Shown here in pieces: positions 11,114 through 23,278 of a stretch of 33,303 nucleotides of DNA (positions are counted from its first letter, which is position 1; every line of letters begins with the position of its first letter). This DNA is from Octopus sinensis (Eukaryota). The stretch spans positions 1 to 33,303 of the forward strand of contig NW_021832061.1 of NCBI RefSeq assembly GCF_006345805.1, given 5' to 3'. Under the pieces are notes generated by a model that saw only the letters and a program-made list of their open reading frames with translations, had not been told where the DNA came from and did not search any database. Position numbers and translations under genes: made by a program.

Positions 11114-11312
11114 CGGCGAGCTGGCAGAAACGTTAGCATGCCGGGCGAAATGCGGCTACGTTGTGAGTTCAGATTCCGCCGAGGTCGACTTTGCCTTTCA
11201 TCCTTTCGGGGTCGATAAATTAAGTACCAGTTACGCACTGGGGTCTATGTAATTGACTTAATCCCTTTGCCTGTCCCCTTTATGTTTAGCCCCTTGTGGG
11301 CAATAAAGAAAT
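11114..11312 (+). mobile_element. tRNA-derived SINE family A, near full length
   Basis: ggcgagctggcagaaacgttagc..tgagttcagattccgccgaggtcgactttgcctttcatcctttcggggtcgataaattaagtaccag..gccccttgtgggc; matches 27439 and 32611. Confidence 0.95.
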
Positions 11313-11559
11313 ATATCTGCCGGCTAACCAGCATTCAATATGCGAATATACGTTTCCTTTCGAGAGGTTGAAACAATTCTTCGCATTTTGGTGGTATGTA
11401 CTTAAAAGATCTTGCAGTGGCCATTCACTGTTTTTCCAATATTTGATGAGTTAATATAACAGATATGTATCAACTAAGAATCGGAATTGGTTGCTGCATC
11501 GATTTAACAATCATTTACTCATTTCTCCATGCTGCTGGCCAAAATATATGCTGCTTTTA

Positions 11560-11640
11560 TTGTTATTGCTGCTCTTTAACCCTAGGTTGTCCCCGATCAA
11601 ATAGATTTATGAATAAAAGCTTTCCAACTATGACCATTTC
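11560..11640 (-). mobile_element. Retroposon 3' fragment, same family as 9895-10092
   Basis: ttgtccccgatca..ttatgaataaaagctttccaactatgaccat is the diverged reverse complement of 10017-10070. Confidence 0.6.
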
Positions 11641-14060
11641 ATATTCTGAGAGTAGCTATAACTTCCAGGGTTTGTCCTTCATTCTAAGATGGTGGAGTGG
11701 GATAAGAGAAAGATTTGACTACTAATTTTTCTCGGATCGTAAGGCCGTATAAAGTTTCCCTAATTGGCCCCTGAGAAAACAGGGAAGCGTTAAAAGAAAT
11801 TGGGTCTTATATATAAATATGTATTCATGTGCAAGGAACATGGAGGTAGTATATTTGCTCTTGGTTGGTAAAATCTAGATACAAATCAATTTTTTTAAAT
11901 TATGAATAATTAATTGCACATAATCCGAATACCCTCTACAGGGAGCAATAAGTTATACTTAAGAACTAATTTTAAATTTCACATACACACTCATATATAC
12001 ATACACATATATATATGTATGTGTGTATATATATATATGAATATGTGTGCGCGTGTCTGTAAATTTATATGTACCTATATATCCAGTTTTACTTACCACA
12101 TAAGTCGAGCTTTTGGCAAGTCCAGTTTGTAATGTAATCTGGCGTGGACTGATTGTAACAATTCTTTCAATTTATAGTGCTCATGTCCTTAATAATAGCA
12201 TGAAAATCACTAGCTATTCATGCAGATTCTCAAAATCTTGAATTTCATGCCTCTATAGAAAGACAACGAAAAAGCTCTCCATTGAATGTGTCATAAGATA
12301 CTATGATACCATCATAATAATCTACTTAATGGTAGCTTTTCTAATTAATTCTTAATATTATGGCAATGAGCCATCCCAGATAATTCATGGTGTATTGTGT
12401 CTTGTTTTGTTTTGTTTTTTGCCTTTTGAATGTTCGATACATGATAACTTTGACTTTGCCTGTTCCTGGGTAAGGAATATAAGTACTAATTGTACGTATA
12501 TGCTGCCGTTATTGGTTTATTCCTTACTTCTTTAAAGTAAAAAATCACGACAGATTGCTTTAATTAAAGATTATTATATTCTTAAATGTCAAATATAAAT
12601 GTTTGAATTAATGTTGAAATCTATAAATAAGCAATGCAAATTATCCTATCAATAATAGCTATGGTAAGATTTTAAATACCGAATAGACTCACAATGGAAA
12701 TAAAGAAAACAAAAAACAACCCGAGACATGTGATTCAGTGTCGTTATTATAGACCTCTGATCAAGCTGTCTTTTCCACATTATTTTCCTTTGCATTGTGA
12801 TCACAACTTGAGAGACAGACTCTGCTTTCTAAAATAGTTAAATGTTCGTATCGTCACAATATGGAAAGTAATATTAAATAATATAATCCTAATTATATTG
12901 TTTACAAAATTAATTGGTCGCACACGGCTGAAAGGCCTTTCAATATCGGACTGATCAATAATATTTGACCTGAGGTTAAACAACAGTAATAATGTACAGT
13001 TGCCTGCTTATAGCAAAGCTTCAGCCCACCAGCAAACAAAAGCTCAAGTGAAACTAGAAGCAAAAATAATGATGCTCTATTTTGGCAAAAGATATATAGA
13101 TAGATATATCTTCGTAATCAAACTCTATGCGAGATATCACACACATCTTAAAGCATGTGAAGGGAATCTTAAAATATAAAGTTTGCCCTGTACTTTAACA
13201 AACATTAGATTTCACGCATTTTATAACGGTTTAGTCAGGAGACGAAGGCCAACATCATAACCTCTTTGGAGCCTTCAGTGGTTAAAGAGATGAACGAAGG
13301 AAATTAACCTTAGAGCGAAGACTTGGCCCGAGTGTTGGTAACAGGATGGACTCTGCTTAAAGGCACACAAACATGTTAAACCGAGCAACGAATTAACTGC
13401 ACGCAACGATGGTAAATTTTAACAGCATTAAAACAAGTTAGTTAACATAAACAGTAGATACTAAACAATTAATGTATCTATTTACCCACACCTCGCCCGT
13501 GGTGAAATATTATGACCTTGAAAAAGTTTAGCCTTGCAGTCTGGGGAGAGGAATCATCTCTTTTATACATAAATATAGGAAACTTTGTCCAAGCGGTCGA
13601 TAAACAAATGTATGAATGCGTTGCTTGTATGGGCAGGGTTTATTTTTTTTATTAGAATCTCGAATTCATTGACGCTCGTTTCTGATCATAACGATTGGTA
13701 CAGCTCTGAAGGAATATGAAATCTGTTCTCCAGGGCACTGGGTAAAGTAAAATTCAAATTCCTGCATGTATTTACGCATATATTTATGACTGTATATTTA
13801 TATCTGTATATGACTTCGTGTGCGTATGTACGTGTGTGCGTGTACACGCCTGTTTATATGCCTCTTTGTCTCTATGTCTCTCACTCCTACTTTTCCAAGC
13901 AATATCTCTTCATCTATCAGTCTGTCTATCTATTTATATATGTATGTATGTATGTATTTATCTATCTATCTATCTATCTATTTATCTAGTTATCTATCGG
14001 TCTGTCTGTCTTTCTATTTTTCATTCTCATTTTCTCTTTATATATTAATTGAAATAACAG

Positions 14061-14150
14061 GAGACCACCCCTGACAAATGGCGCATTGTTGACGTTTATA
14101 GATATTGATAACTCAGGCGATATATTAAACTTTTTGAAAGTTTCTTTCAG
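14061..14150 (+). CDS. Candidate internal exon, phase 2-2 ([30 protein letters not shown])
   Basis: Pyrimidine-rich upstream tract then aataacag; 90 nt with a single open frame, compatible with the phase-2 end at 8861. Donor CAG|GTGTTA is weak, and that site also looks like an acceptor. Confidence 0.35.
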
Positions 14151-14169
14151 GTGTTAATTTACTGAATAC

Positions 14170-14379
14170 CTCTCTTTATTTGCAATGTGTGTGTGGGTAT
14201 CTGTGTCTTTGTGTGTATATGTATATATCTAATTATATATGCACGTGTGTATATGCTTATATACATATGCATATATGTGAAGATATATATAGAGATATTC
14301 ATATATGCTTATATATACATGTATGTATATATGTATATGTGCAATATATATATATATTATATGTGCAATATATATATAT

Positions 14380-14410
<31 letters not shown>

Positions 14411-14907
14411 GCATATATATATGTATATATGTATTTATATATATGTATGCATATATATGTATATTTATATATATGTATATATGTATATATATATATATAT
14501 GTATCTATGCTTATATATGTATATAAATATATATATATATACATATGTGTATATATGTATATATATATATGCATATATATATGTTTATATATATATATAT
14601 ATGTGCATATATATGCATGCATATATATGTATGTGTATATATATGCATATGAATATATATATATCTATGTATATATATGTATGTATATATATATGTGTAT
14701 ATGTATAGATATATGTGTATGTGAATAAGTATATATGTATATATATGTATATATGTGTATGTGTGTATATATATATGTATGTATATATGTATGTATATAT
14801 ATATGTATGTATGTATATATGTATGTATATATATATATGCATGTATATATATATGGATGTATATATATGTACGTTTGTATGTATGTATGTGTATATATAC
14901 AAATACA

Positions 14908-14941
<34 letters not shown>

Positions 14942-15000
14942 TATCCATACATACATGTATATATGTGTGTGTTTGGTAGGAGTGACGCTATGTGTGGAGG
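14170..15000. repeat. ~0.8-kb degenerate alternating purine-pyrimidine (TA/TG/CA) tract
   Basis: Direct reading. Confidence 0.95.
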
Positions 15001-15496
15001 TGTTGTTATGTGTGTGGGTGTGAGCTTCCGTACAGGGGTGTGGAAACTGTATATCTTAGTGAAAGGAAAAGGGCGATTGGTAGATATGAAGATATATATA
15101 TATATAGCTCCATAATTGTATGTATGGGTATGTACATAAATATGCATACAGTCGATTGCCTATTAATACGTGGATCGATGAATATTATATCTCTGAGCGT
15201 GTTTATATGTATGTCTGTGTGCGTTTTGTGGGTGTGAGTATGTGTAGAGAGTATGTGTACAGAGTGTGCATGTGTGCGCTTGTAGGAATAGGATTTTGTA
15301 TGTATATGTTGCACAATTTCAATAGAAATAATGTAGGAATTCACTATTATAATCTTCTGTGTTTGTGGTTATGTTTTTTTTCTTTTTATAATTCTGCAGC
15401 CCCTTCCACCTCAACCCTTAGTCTTCTTAGCTGTTTTCCAATAAATGTAACTACTACTAGTACAACCACTACTAATGCAAATACTATATATCATCA

Positions 15497-15501
<5 letters not shown>

Positions 15502-15550
<49 letters not shown>
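15502..15550. repeat. (CAT)n(TAT)n microsatellite
   Basis: Direct reading. Confidence 0.95.
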
Positions 15551-15564
15551 GTCCTTTCTATATT

Positions 15565-15713
15565 TAACCCTAAGGCCAGCAATTTTGGGGGACGGGTTTA
15601 GTAGACTGCGTTGCCCCAATAATCCACTAGTACTCGCTTTATCGAACTCAGAACATAACACCGGAAGAAATGACCCCAAGTATTTTGTCAGGCATGCTAA
15701 CGACTCTACCGCC
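15565..15713 (-). mobile_element. Diverged, internally deleted SINE family A copy
   Basis: Minus strand: ggcggtagagtcgttagcatgcctgacaaaatactt..gttctgagttcgataaagcgagtac..aaaattgctggcctt. Confidence 0.7.
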
Positions 15714-15734
15714 TTAATAATATTATTAAGACCG

Positions 15735-15915
15735 CAATGCCCTGATGCAGTACCAGGCAGTGCTCCCATGGCTTCTGATCTTAAATGATTGGAAATGTTA
15801 TCATATACGTTGTTTTGTCTTGATATAAAAGATGGGTTACAGCAAATATTCTGCTCAATGCAGTTGTTTGACCTTAACCATTTGAGCATGCCCCTTGGTA
15901 TCTGACGATATGTCG
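15735..15915 (+). mobile_element. Interspersed repeat fragment (retroposon-like)
   Basis: gccctgatgcagtaccaggcagtg..tgtcttgatataaaagatggg..gagcatg resembles a common octopus repeat from recall only; single copy in this window. Confidence 0.45.
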
Positions 15916-17431
15916 CCTACTTGTGAGGATTTTCGAAATTTTTACACATTTTACACATTTTGTCGGGTTTATTCTTTCTTCTCCTCTGATATTTTTTATT
16001 AATGTACACAATAATTTTTCATGACACCCAGCATTTTCTTACTGTTACCGCGAGATGATGGTAGTGTACCGCAGTTCACAGCCTCTAGCTGATATCGTGC
16101 GCGGTGAGGGCCCAAGTACTCACTTTACTCCCAATATTCTTGATAATCAGAATTAGAGGATATCTTTCGCTTCCTCAGTAGCAATTCTTGGAGCTGTGCT
16201 GTGACCAGTCCTGAACTACAAACTACAACCATGGTAGTCATCCTAGTGACTTGACGTTCTTGTTATCACTGGATCTACTAGTTTGATACGACCGCTTTCT
16301 TTTCCTTTTTTGTTTGCCTTTATTTTCCTGGCCTTTAACATATCACAAGCAACTGAGCCTTCTGTGCTGTACTAGAAATTTGATCGACCTCCTTTTCGCT
16401 CCCTGAGGTGCCTCTGGCTCTGGGTTAACCTTGTGGTTTTCCGGACTCTGCTGGACCTTACCTAACCATATAGAAATGTAGGTAGCTTCCACGTGCATCG
16501 TCTAACTGAAATCTGCGCAAAAATGGTGATAGGTCAAGGACCAACGTTAACACTAGTATTTTTAGCTGCGACCCTTGTATGTCTTTTTCAATGTAATGCG
16601 ACACTAGCATGGTTTCTCTAGTTTCGCTCGTCCTCACTCTTAAAGACCTGACACATGCTTCGCATGCCCTGCTCCAGAGCACTCATCCTATCACACACCG
16701 TTCTCCAACTTCTATGCTGAAAAACCTATAGGAACATATCACCTTCTCCCTCGACTTTTCCCTGAAGAATTCCACATGTCAAAAAACTCTTGTTTGTAAC
16801 AACACTTTTTCTGGAGCTAATCGATATTCAGTAGTTCCTGTTGGCTTGCAACACTAGCATAGCAAATTAGTTGTAGTTGCTGTTATTGTTGATAATGGTG
16901 CTTTTGTTGATGTCATTTATGTTTTATTTATCAAATCCTGACGCTCTGAGCCAAGTGCTGCGCCTCTTTGATTCTGTTATTTTCCCCTCTTTTATTTTAC
17001 ATCATTTTAATCAGTTTTCATATTTCAAAAAATTGGTAGGGTTCGTGTTCGTTGTTACTACTTTCGCTGTTAGTGTCTCCTTTCTCTACCCCACTAGAGA
17101 CCATATTAAACAACAACTAAACAAAGCAAAACATATTTGCAAAACATGAAAAGTTTAATGTCACATTTAAACAGTATTTTTGCTTTTATTTTTATTATTG
17201 TTGAAGTTGTTTTTATTCTTATTATTAAATTGTTGTTTTGGGTACATTTTAATTTTCATTTTAATTTAGCACTTTTGAAAATCTTCTGCATTAAAGACTA
17301 ATATGAAATAGAAATAGTACACACTCACATATACAGAGGATGACTACATATTAACACAAGCTAATAAAAGCATTGCATGATATTCATTACGATATTACAT
17401 TATTATATTCTAGTAATATTGATTTATTCCA

Positions 17432-17555
17432 TCCCCCAAAAGGCCACGAATTTATCGTGTCGAAGTGCAGCGCAGTATACCATTGGTGCATTTTGATCCA
17501 ACCTTCAAGGTAAAATACAAAAATGATACCGTCGAGATCTGAACTCAGAATTTTA
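17432..17555 (-). mobile_element. Highly diverged SINE family A copy
   Basis: Minus strand: ttctgagttcagatctcgacgg..ttggatcaaaatgcacca..gtggccttttgggg. Confidence 0.5.
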
Positions 17556-17645
17556 GTTCAAGAAGATAAGTTATGTAAAGTTTTGTAGTCTTTCGATTCT
17601 ACCATGTTTTACCCTTCATATCCCTTGTTAGTTAGAAGATATTAA

Positions 17646-17839
17646 CTTTCATCATACAGGGTCAATAAAATGAGTACCAGTCAAGCACTGGGGTCGATTC
17701 AATCGACTTACCACCTCCTCAGAAACTGTTGACATTGCGCCTAAATTTTAAACCAATATACTATAGAATTCCTTGTTATTTATACTATCATCTCATCGAA
17801 CTCTAGACCTTCGAATCTGGGTGTTCCACATTCACTGCA
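17646..17839 (+). repeat. Local duplication copy 1 (SINE 3' part plus ~87 bp of non-SINE flank)
   Basis: Aligns ungapped to 19075-19268; 15 mismatches in 194 bp by manual count. Confidence 0.95.
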
Positions 17840-17942
17840 AAGTAAAAAGACACTACTATCTACTTATATCTCTTTACAAAATCGTACTAAAGCTGGCTGT
17901 GCTTGTCACCTTACCGGGTGTGATAAAGCAAGCACTAGTCAG

Positions 17943-18014
17943 GTACTGGATCGATCGTATACAGTATAACCCTTCACTACATATCTTTATAAAAATCAAT
18001 AACTGTTACTTAAG
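17943..18014 (+). CDS. Weak candidate exon, phase 2-2 (R-YWIDRIQYNPSLHIFIKINNCYL-R)
   Basis: Perfect donor AAG|GTAAGT at 18015 and one open frame; acceptor uncertain. Confidence 0.25.
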
Positions 18015-18548
18015 GTAAGTGCTACCGACCTACATATTTTGATGAAGGACCGAATATATGCTATGGCACGTTATATTAGAAGAATTGTGCATGGATGAAT
18101 CAACAGTATGCTGAACTGGTTGCCAAGTTCGTATATTGATGCTGCCAATATATTATGTTCACAAGTATTATGATTATGCTCACTGAATTCAGCTCACCTA
18201 ATGTTTGTTTCACACGTTTATACAGTTTTTCTGCAGCAGAAATCTTGCAAAATTAACGATTGTTTCGTTAAAAGAAAGTACATATTTGTAGATGTAAAGA
18301 TGTTAATAGGTACTCATTCGTTCACATTACTTCGTTGAATATCTTAATTAAGGCCTAAAATTTAGCCTAAACCCATCACCAAGACCGCTACTTATAAATC
18401 TACCAAAACATATATACGTTCAGAGGAGCATGGACCTTACAGTAACTTCTGTATTTTGAGCAACAAACCAAGAGATTTATGTGTATACAAACTTTGTATT
18501 ATGTAGCCAGACAGATGGACAGTTAGAATCGTAGACAAACAGACAGAC

Positions 18549-18683
<135 letters not shown>

Positions 18684-18999
18684 CAGAACTGCATTATTAA
18701 ATCTATTCTGGTGTTACAAGTCCATGCAAAAATTGTACTAATTTTTTCATTTAGATAATTTTGAAACATATTTCAATCTCTAGATCAGTCAAGGTAAAGT
18801 GTAGTATCAACTGAGGTCGAATCCTCGTGTGGTACTCATAACGTCGATGCTCTCGGTGTCGGGGGTTGACCTGCTTTCTCTTCTTCGGGTCTTACGAATG
18901 GACCACGTTTCGGACATCTCCCATCTCTTGCGAGTTCGCTCAACAGCAACAGCAGTAACAGCCAACGAACTACAAACGCTGTGGCTGTCAATTCAACAC

Positions 19000-19268
19000 T
19001 ATTGATACACTAACGTGTCGGGCAAAATACTTAGCAGCTTTTCTGAGTTCAAATGCCATCTGGATCAATATTACCTTTCATCATTCAGGGTCAATAAAAT
19101 AAGTACCAATCGAGCACTGGGTTCGATGTAATCGACTTACCACCTCCTCAGAAACTGCTGACCTTGCGCCAAAATTTTAAACCAATATACTATAGACTTC
19201 CTTGTTATTTATACTATCATCTCATAGAACACTGGACCTTTGAATCTGGGTGTTCCACATTCACTGCA
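19000..19268 (+). repeat. Diverged SINE family A copy plus flank; contains local duplication copy 2 (19075-19268)
   Basis: SINE head (gtcgggcaaaatacttagc..ttctgagttcaaat) followed by the segment duplicated at 17646. Confidence 0.9.
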
Positions 19269-19602
19269 GTTGCATCTATAAATTTCTCACAAGCCTTTCT
19301 TTTACTCAGTTTTCTCTTTTCAGCGTAAAAATAGTCTTTCCTTAAAGTCCTCATTAGAGAATCAGTTGGTTTGTTACAGAATTAAATTCTCCATAACTTC
19401 TCTATTACATTATATACTAATATCAATGGCAAGTATGAACAAAAAATGTGGGACTAGTTTTTAAGTAAAATTATGTTGGCAACAAAATATATCAGAAAAT
19501 TAGTATGGACTGACTAACGTAGATTGTTCTTTATGTATAAACCATAGTTAAAGTGATCACAAATGGGTATTTTGACTTTGTAATTAATATTTAGTTTATA
19601 AT

Positions 19603-19754
19603 ATTTACATTTGACGGATATTTGTCCTCATCTTGTTTGTTGTTTAACACAACGTTTCGGCTGATATACCCTCCAGCCTTCATCAGGCGTCTTGGGAAAA
19701 TTTCGAAACTTGGGTTCTCATTCCTAAGGTATTTTTCGATGTTATTATTATTAT
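19603..19754 (-). mobile_element. Penelope pLTR-like arm, inverted copy of 19918-20057
   Basis: Reverse complement aligns to 19918-20057 at roughly 90% identity (manual estimate); contains a hammerhead motif. Confidence 0.9.
19646..19691 (-). ncRNA. Minimal type-I hammerhead ribozyme motif, intact core
   Basis: Minus strand: gacgc-CTGATGA-a-GGCTG-gagggtatat-CAGCC-GAAA-C-GTT-gtgtt. All core positions present, extra A between A9 and G10.1, palindromic AACGTT stem III. Confidence 0.8.
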
Positions 19755-19760
19755 ACCCGT

Positions 19761-20066
19761 GGGCATATGACGTAGTGGTTAAGAGCATGAGCTACTAACT
19801 CCAAGATTCCGAGTTCGATTCCAGGCAGTGACCTGAATAATAATAATAATAATAATAATATAATATAATAATAATAATAATGATAATAATAATAATAATA
19901 ATAGTAATAATAATAATAACATCGAAAAATATCTTAGGAATGAGAACCCAGGTTCGAAATTTCCCCCAAGACACCTGATGAGGGCTGGAAGGTATATCAG
20001 CCGAAACGCTGTGTTAATAACAAACAAGATGAGGACAAATATCCATCAAATGTAAATAATGTAAAT
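19761..20066 (+). mobile_element. Composite SINE: tRNA-derived head (19761-19834), (AAT)n (19836-19917), Penelope pLTR-like tail (19918-20066)
   Basis: A-box-like TGACGTAGTGG, B-box AGTTCGATTCC, a CTACTAA anticodon-like loop, then AAT repeat and hammerhead-bearing tail. Confidence 0.85.
19970..20015 (+). ncRNA. Minimal type-I hammerhead motif with U16.1->C substitution (probably inactive)
   Basis: gacac-CTGATGA-g-GGCTG-gaaggtatat-CAGCC-GAAA-C-GCT-gtgtt. Confidence 0.7.
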
Positions 20067-20769
20067 AATTCTTCATATCCTAAATATAGAATTGTATTGA
20101 TATTTAGTGTTTATGAAAAGAAACTTTGACTCATTATTATGCATGTGCAATACGTTTATTCTTCAAGTTCTTAAGTTGCTTCTTTCAGGCCATACTTTTA
20201 TAAAGGCATATGGCGTCAACATTTTGGATAGGAGAAAAGAGAACGTGTGACAGTCATGTTTTTTTTCTCAAGCAGGTCCGTTTCCACAGAGAAAGAAACA
20301 AGTTTCGAAAATGGTCGAAATGGATTATCGGACATATCTCGTCAAGAATTTACTACCAGCTCTCTACTACTATCTTAAACCAGGCAGTCAACTGAAATAA
20401 TTATGTCAAAACAGAGTTTAAAAATGAGAAAAGTAAATTACTAGAATGTACTTATATTTCTATGCTCCTAACTAATTATGTTCATGATTTTTTTTTTACT
20501 GCTGTTTATTCCTTTTATATGTCTAATTAATATTATTTCTTGTTCATGTATATTTAACTTCTATCAACTATATTTATCGCTTTCAGTTTGTTGCGGATAA
20601 TATGGCAATGGTCATTATATACCATTATGAAACCATTATCCATAAATCCCTTTATTCCAAAGTTTATTTATTCATTCAGTTTATACAATTTTCAATTCAA
20701 TTGTCCCTATTGCACGTATAAATATATATATATACATACATAAATATTACATACATTCATAATACACAC

Positions 20770-20781
20770 ACACACATAACA

Positions 20782-20850
<69 letters not shown>

Positions 20851-20955
20851 ATTCTTCTTGAGTTAATGTTATGAAATTACACACATATATATGCATGTAT
20901 ATATATATATGATATATATATATATATACATGCATATATATGTGTGTGTGTGTGT
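20770..20955. repeat. (TA)n/(TG)n microsatellite
   Basis: Direct reading. Confidence 0.9.
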
Positions 20956-22039
20956 AATTTCATAACATTAGCTCAAGAATTGTTGTTTGAACTTCCACCT
21001 TTCTGAATCTTGCTCTCCTTCGATTATGGTAAACCTTCACCGCTTCATATACTAAGGATTTGATAGGTTTGTTCGATCAGGGCTTGTTTGTGGGACGGGG
21101 TGGGGCTAACCAACTGCAACATGAGGATCAAAAGACGAGGAAAACACACCAGGTGATTGTCTTCACTTACTGTGAAAACACTCTGCTTGTCATCGGCTCA
21201 ACAGAAGATACAACCCACGCTTACGTGGTTCCAATTTTTATATTCCCAGCCGACTACTTTTTTATTGAAATGGCTGCTTCCTTTTTCTTTTCTCTTTTCA
21301 CATTTTCCCATAATTCGCGTGTATAATAGTATCATGTTTTACATAGCAAAAGAAGCACATATCCCTTAATGTCAATATTGTCAATTCTATGTAAGAAAAG
21401 AAATTTCAAACAAATCGTGACGCGGGACACTCTCAAAAACTTACAGACTTCTAATGGCCCACAAATACATTAAGTATTAAAATATCTTTAGAAGTTTGTG
21501 GCCTATTTATGGACCACTACTCATCTGTTGTTGACTTTTGATCAAATCTTTAATAAAGTTATACAGGAATCTCTTCCAAGCTAAGATATATTTCAGTTCT
21601 GAGCTGATGTTGATTCGCTATAAGACATGAACACATTATTTAAAGAAAGTTGTCTTATTGCATTCTCTTTCGGGTAAATAAGCTTTCAAAAGGTCTTACA
21701 TATATAGCCGATATGGTCAAAAAAATCTACTTCCAACCTGTCTAGACTTCTTCTACCCTTGCCATACTAGGCTTCTTTCAAGTCCAACCTCTCATTGCTA
21801 TCTTTTTCTTTTTTATTATTTTCTATACTCCTCTAATGATTATATTCTTCAATATTGCACTAAGTCGTCGTCTTACAATAAATTGACATATAATTATTCT
21901 CGAGTCATGTTAGACATAATAATTTCGTTTATAATCACCATTTTCCTAATCGATAGAGTATTTCAAGCAATCGACACGACCATTTCCCTGTGCGCAATAA
22001 AACAGAAATAGGTAAAGCTTTCATACTCACACATTTACA

Positions 22040-22050
22040 CACACACACGA

Positions 22051-22089
<39 letters not shown>

Positions 22090-22153
22090 ATATATATTAT
22101 GTACATGTTTATATATATATACATATATATATCTATGTGTGTATCTCTTCATG

Positions 22154-22201
<48 letters not shown>

Positions 22202-22270
22202 GCGTATGTATGTGTATGTAAACATGCATGTGTGTGTGTGCATGTGTGTGAGAGAGAGAGTGTGTGTGTT
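22040..22270. repeat. Compound (CA)/(TA)/(TG)/(AG) microsatellite
   Basis: Direct reading. Confidence 0.9.
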
Positions 22271-22924
22271 ATTCGTAATATGAAAGCGAAAGCTCTTGCA
22301 ATTTTAATGACCTCAGAAACCTATCCGGAACTGAACCAGAAATTCATAAGGAAAAGTCTTTAATAGGAAATATTACAATCGGGTCCAATTGTGACTTGAA
22401 TAAAACACATACAAACACACACACACGAACAACCACACACGTGCAGGCATACACAAGCATACATAGTCACATACACACATACACTCAAATACACACATTC
22501 TTATATATCCACAAACACTCACACACACACACACACACATGAAGAGATAATTGAGATTTGGTTGGGTTAGGTACTTAATTTGAAGCACCAAGTCAGTCCG
22601 GTATTAACCACACATTTCGAAGTAAGGTGAATAAAATCAAAATAAGCAACAGGATATCAATTAGTGATGCAGTACGACCGTTTCAAGCGGCGCCATTTAA
22701 TTGAACAATCCAATCATTACATCGATTTCAATGCAGTGACATCATCAGCTGAACAACAATTAAATAGAATTTAAACCAGTTGGACACATTGAAATAATTT
22801 TTCTCAAATGCTTTAACAGAGGAATGATTGAAGAAATTCATGTTATCGCTATGGTAGCTAAGAATACACAACACTTCGAACAATGGCATGAAACCCACTG
22901 GGATCATGGTTTGTAAAGGATAGT

Positions 22925-22946
22925 GCTTATAAAAATATATATAAAC

Positions 22947-22987
<41 letters not shown>

Positions 22988-23063
22988 GCCACTATCTAAC
23001 AATCTATCTATCAACGTGTCTGTTTGCCTGTCGATCTGTCCATGTTATATATAGAAATATATA

Positions 23064-23123
<60 letters not shown>

Positions 23124-23155
23124 ATATTATATATATGTTATATATGTATGCATAT
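22925..23155. repeat. (TA)n microsatellite cluster
   Basis: Direct reading. Confidence 0.9.
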
Positions 23156-23278
23156 ATTCCTGTCCCTAAATGTAGAGTAATGATTAGAAATTATTTTAGA
23201 TAACTGAGAAGAGTTACCTTTATATAAAAAGACATCGGTACCTGAACTAATTTTACACTGGTATATAGAATTTTAGAG

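Noticed and set aside
18860-18935. Fourth hammerhead (minus strand CCGAAACGTG)
   Set aside because: Only the GAAAC half is present; no CUGANGA-like element or paired stem II.
19761-19834. Functional tRNA gene (likewise 31531-31605)
   Set aside because: Acceptor and anticodon stems do not pair properly and each runs into a repeat body; these are SINE heads.
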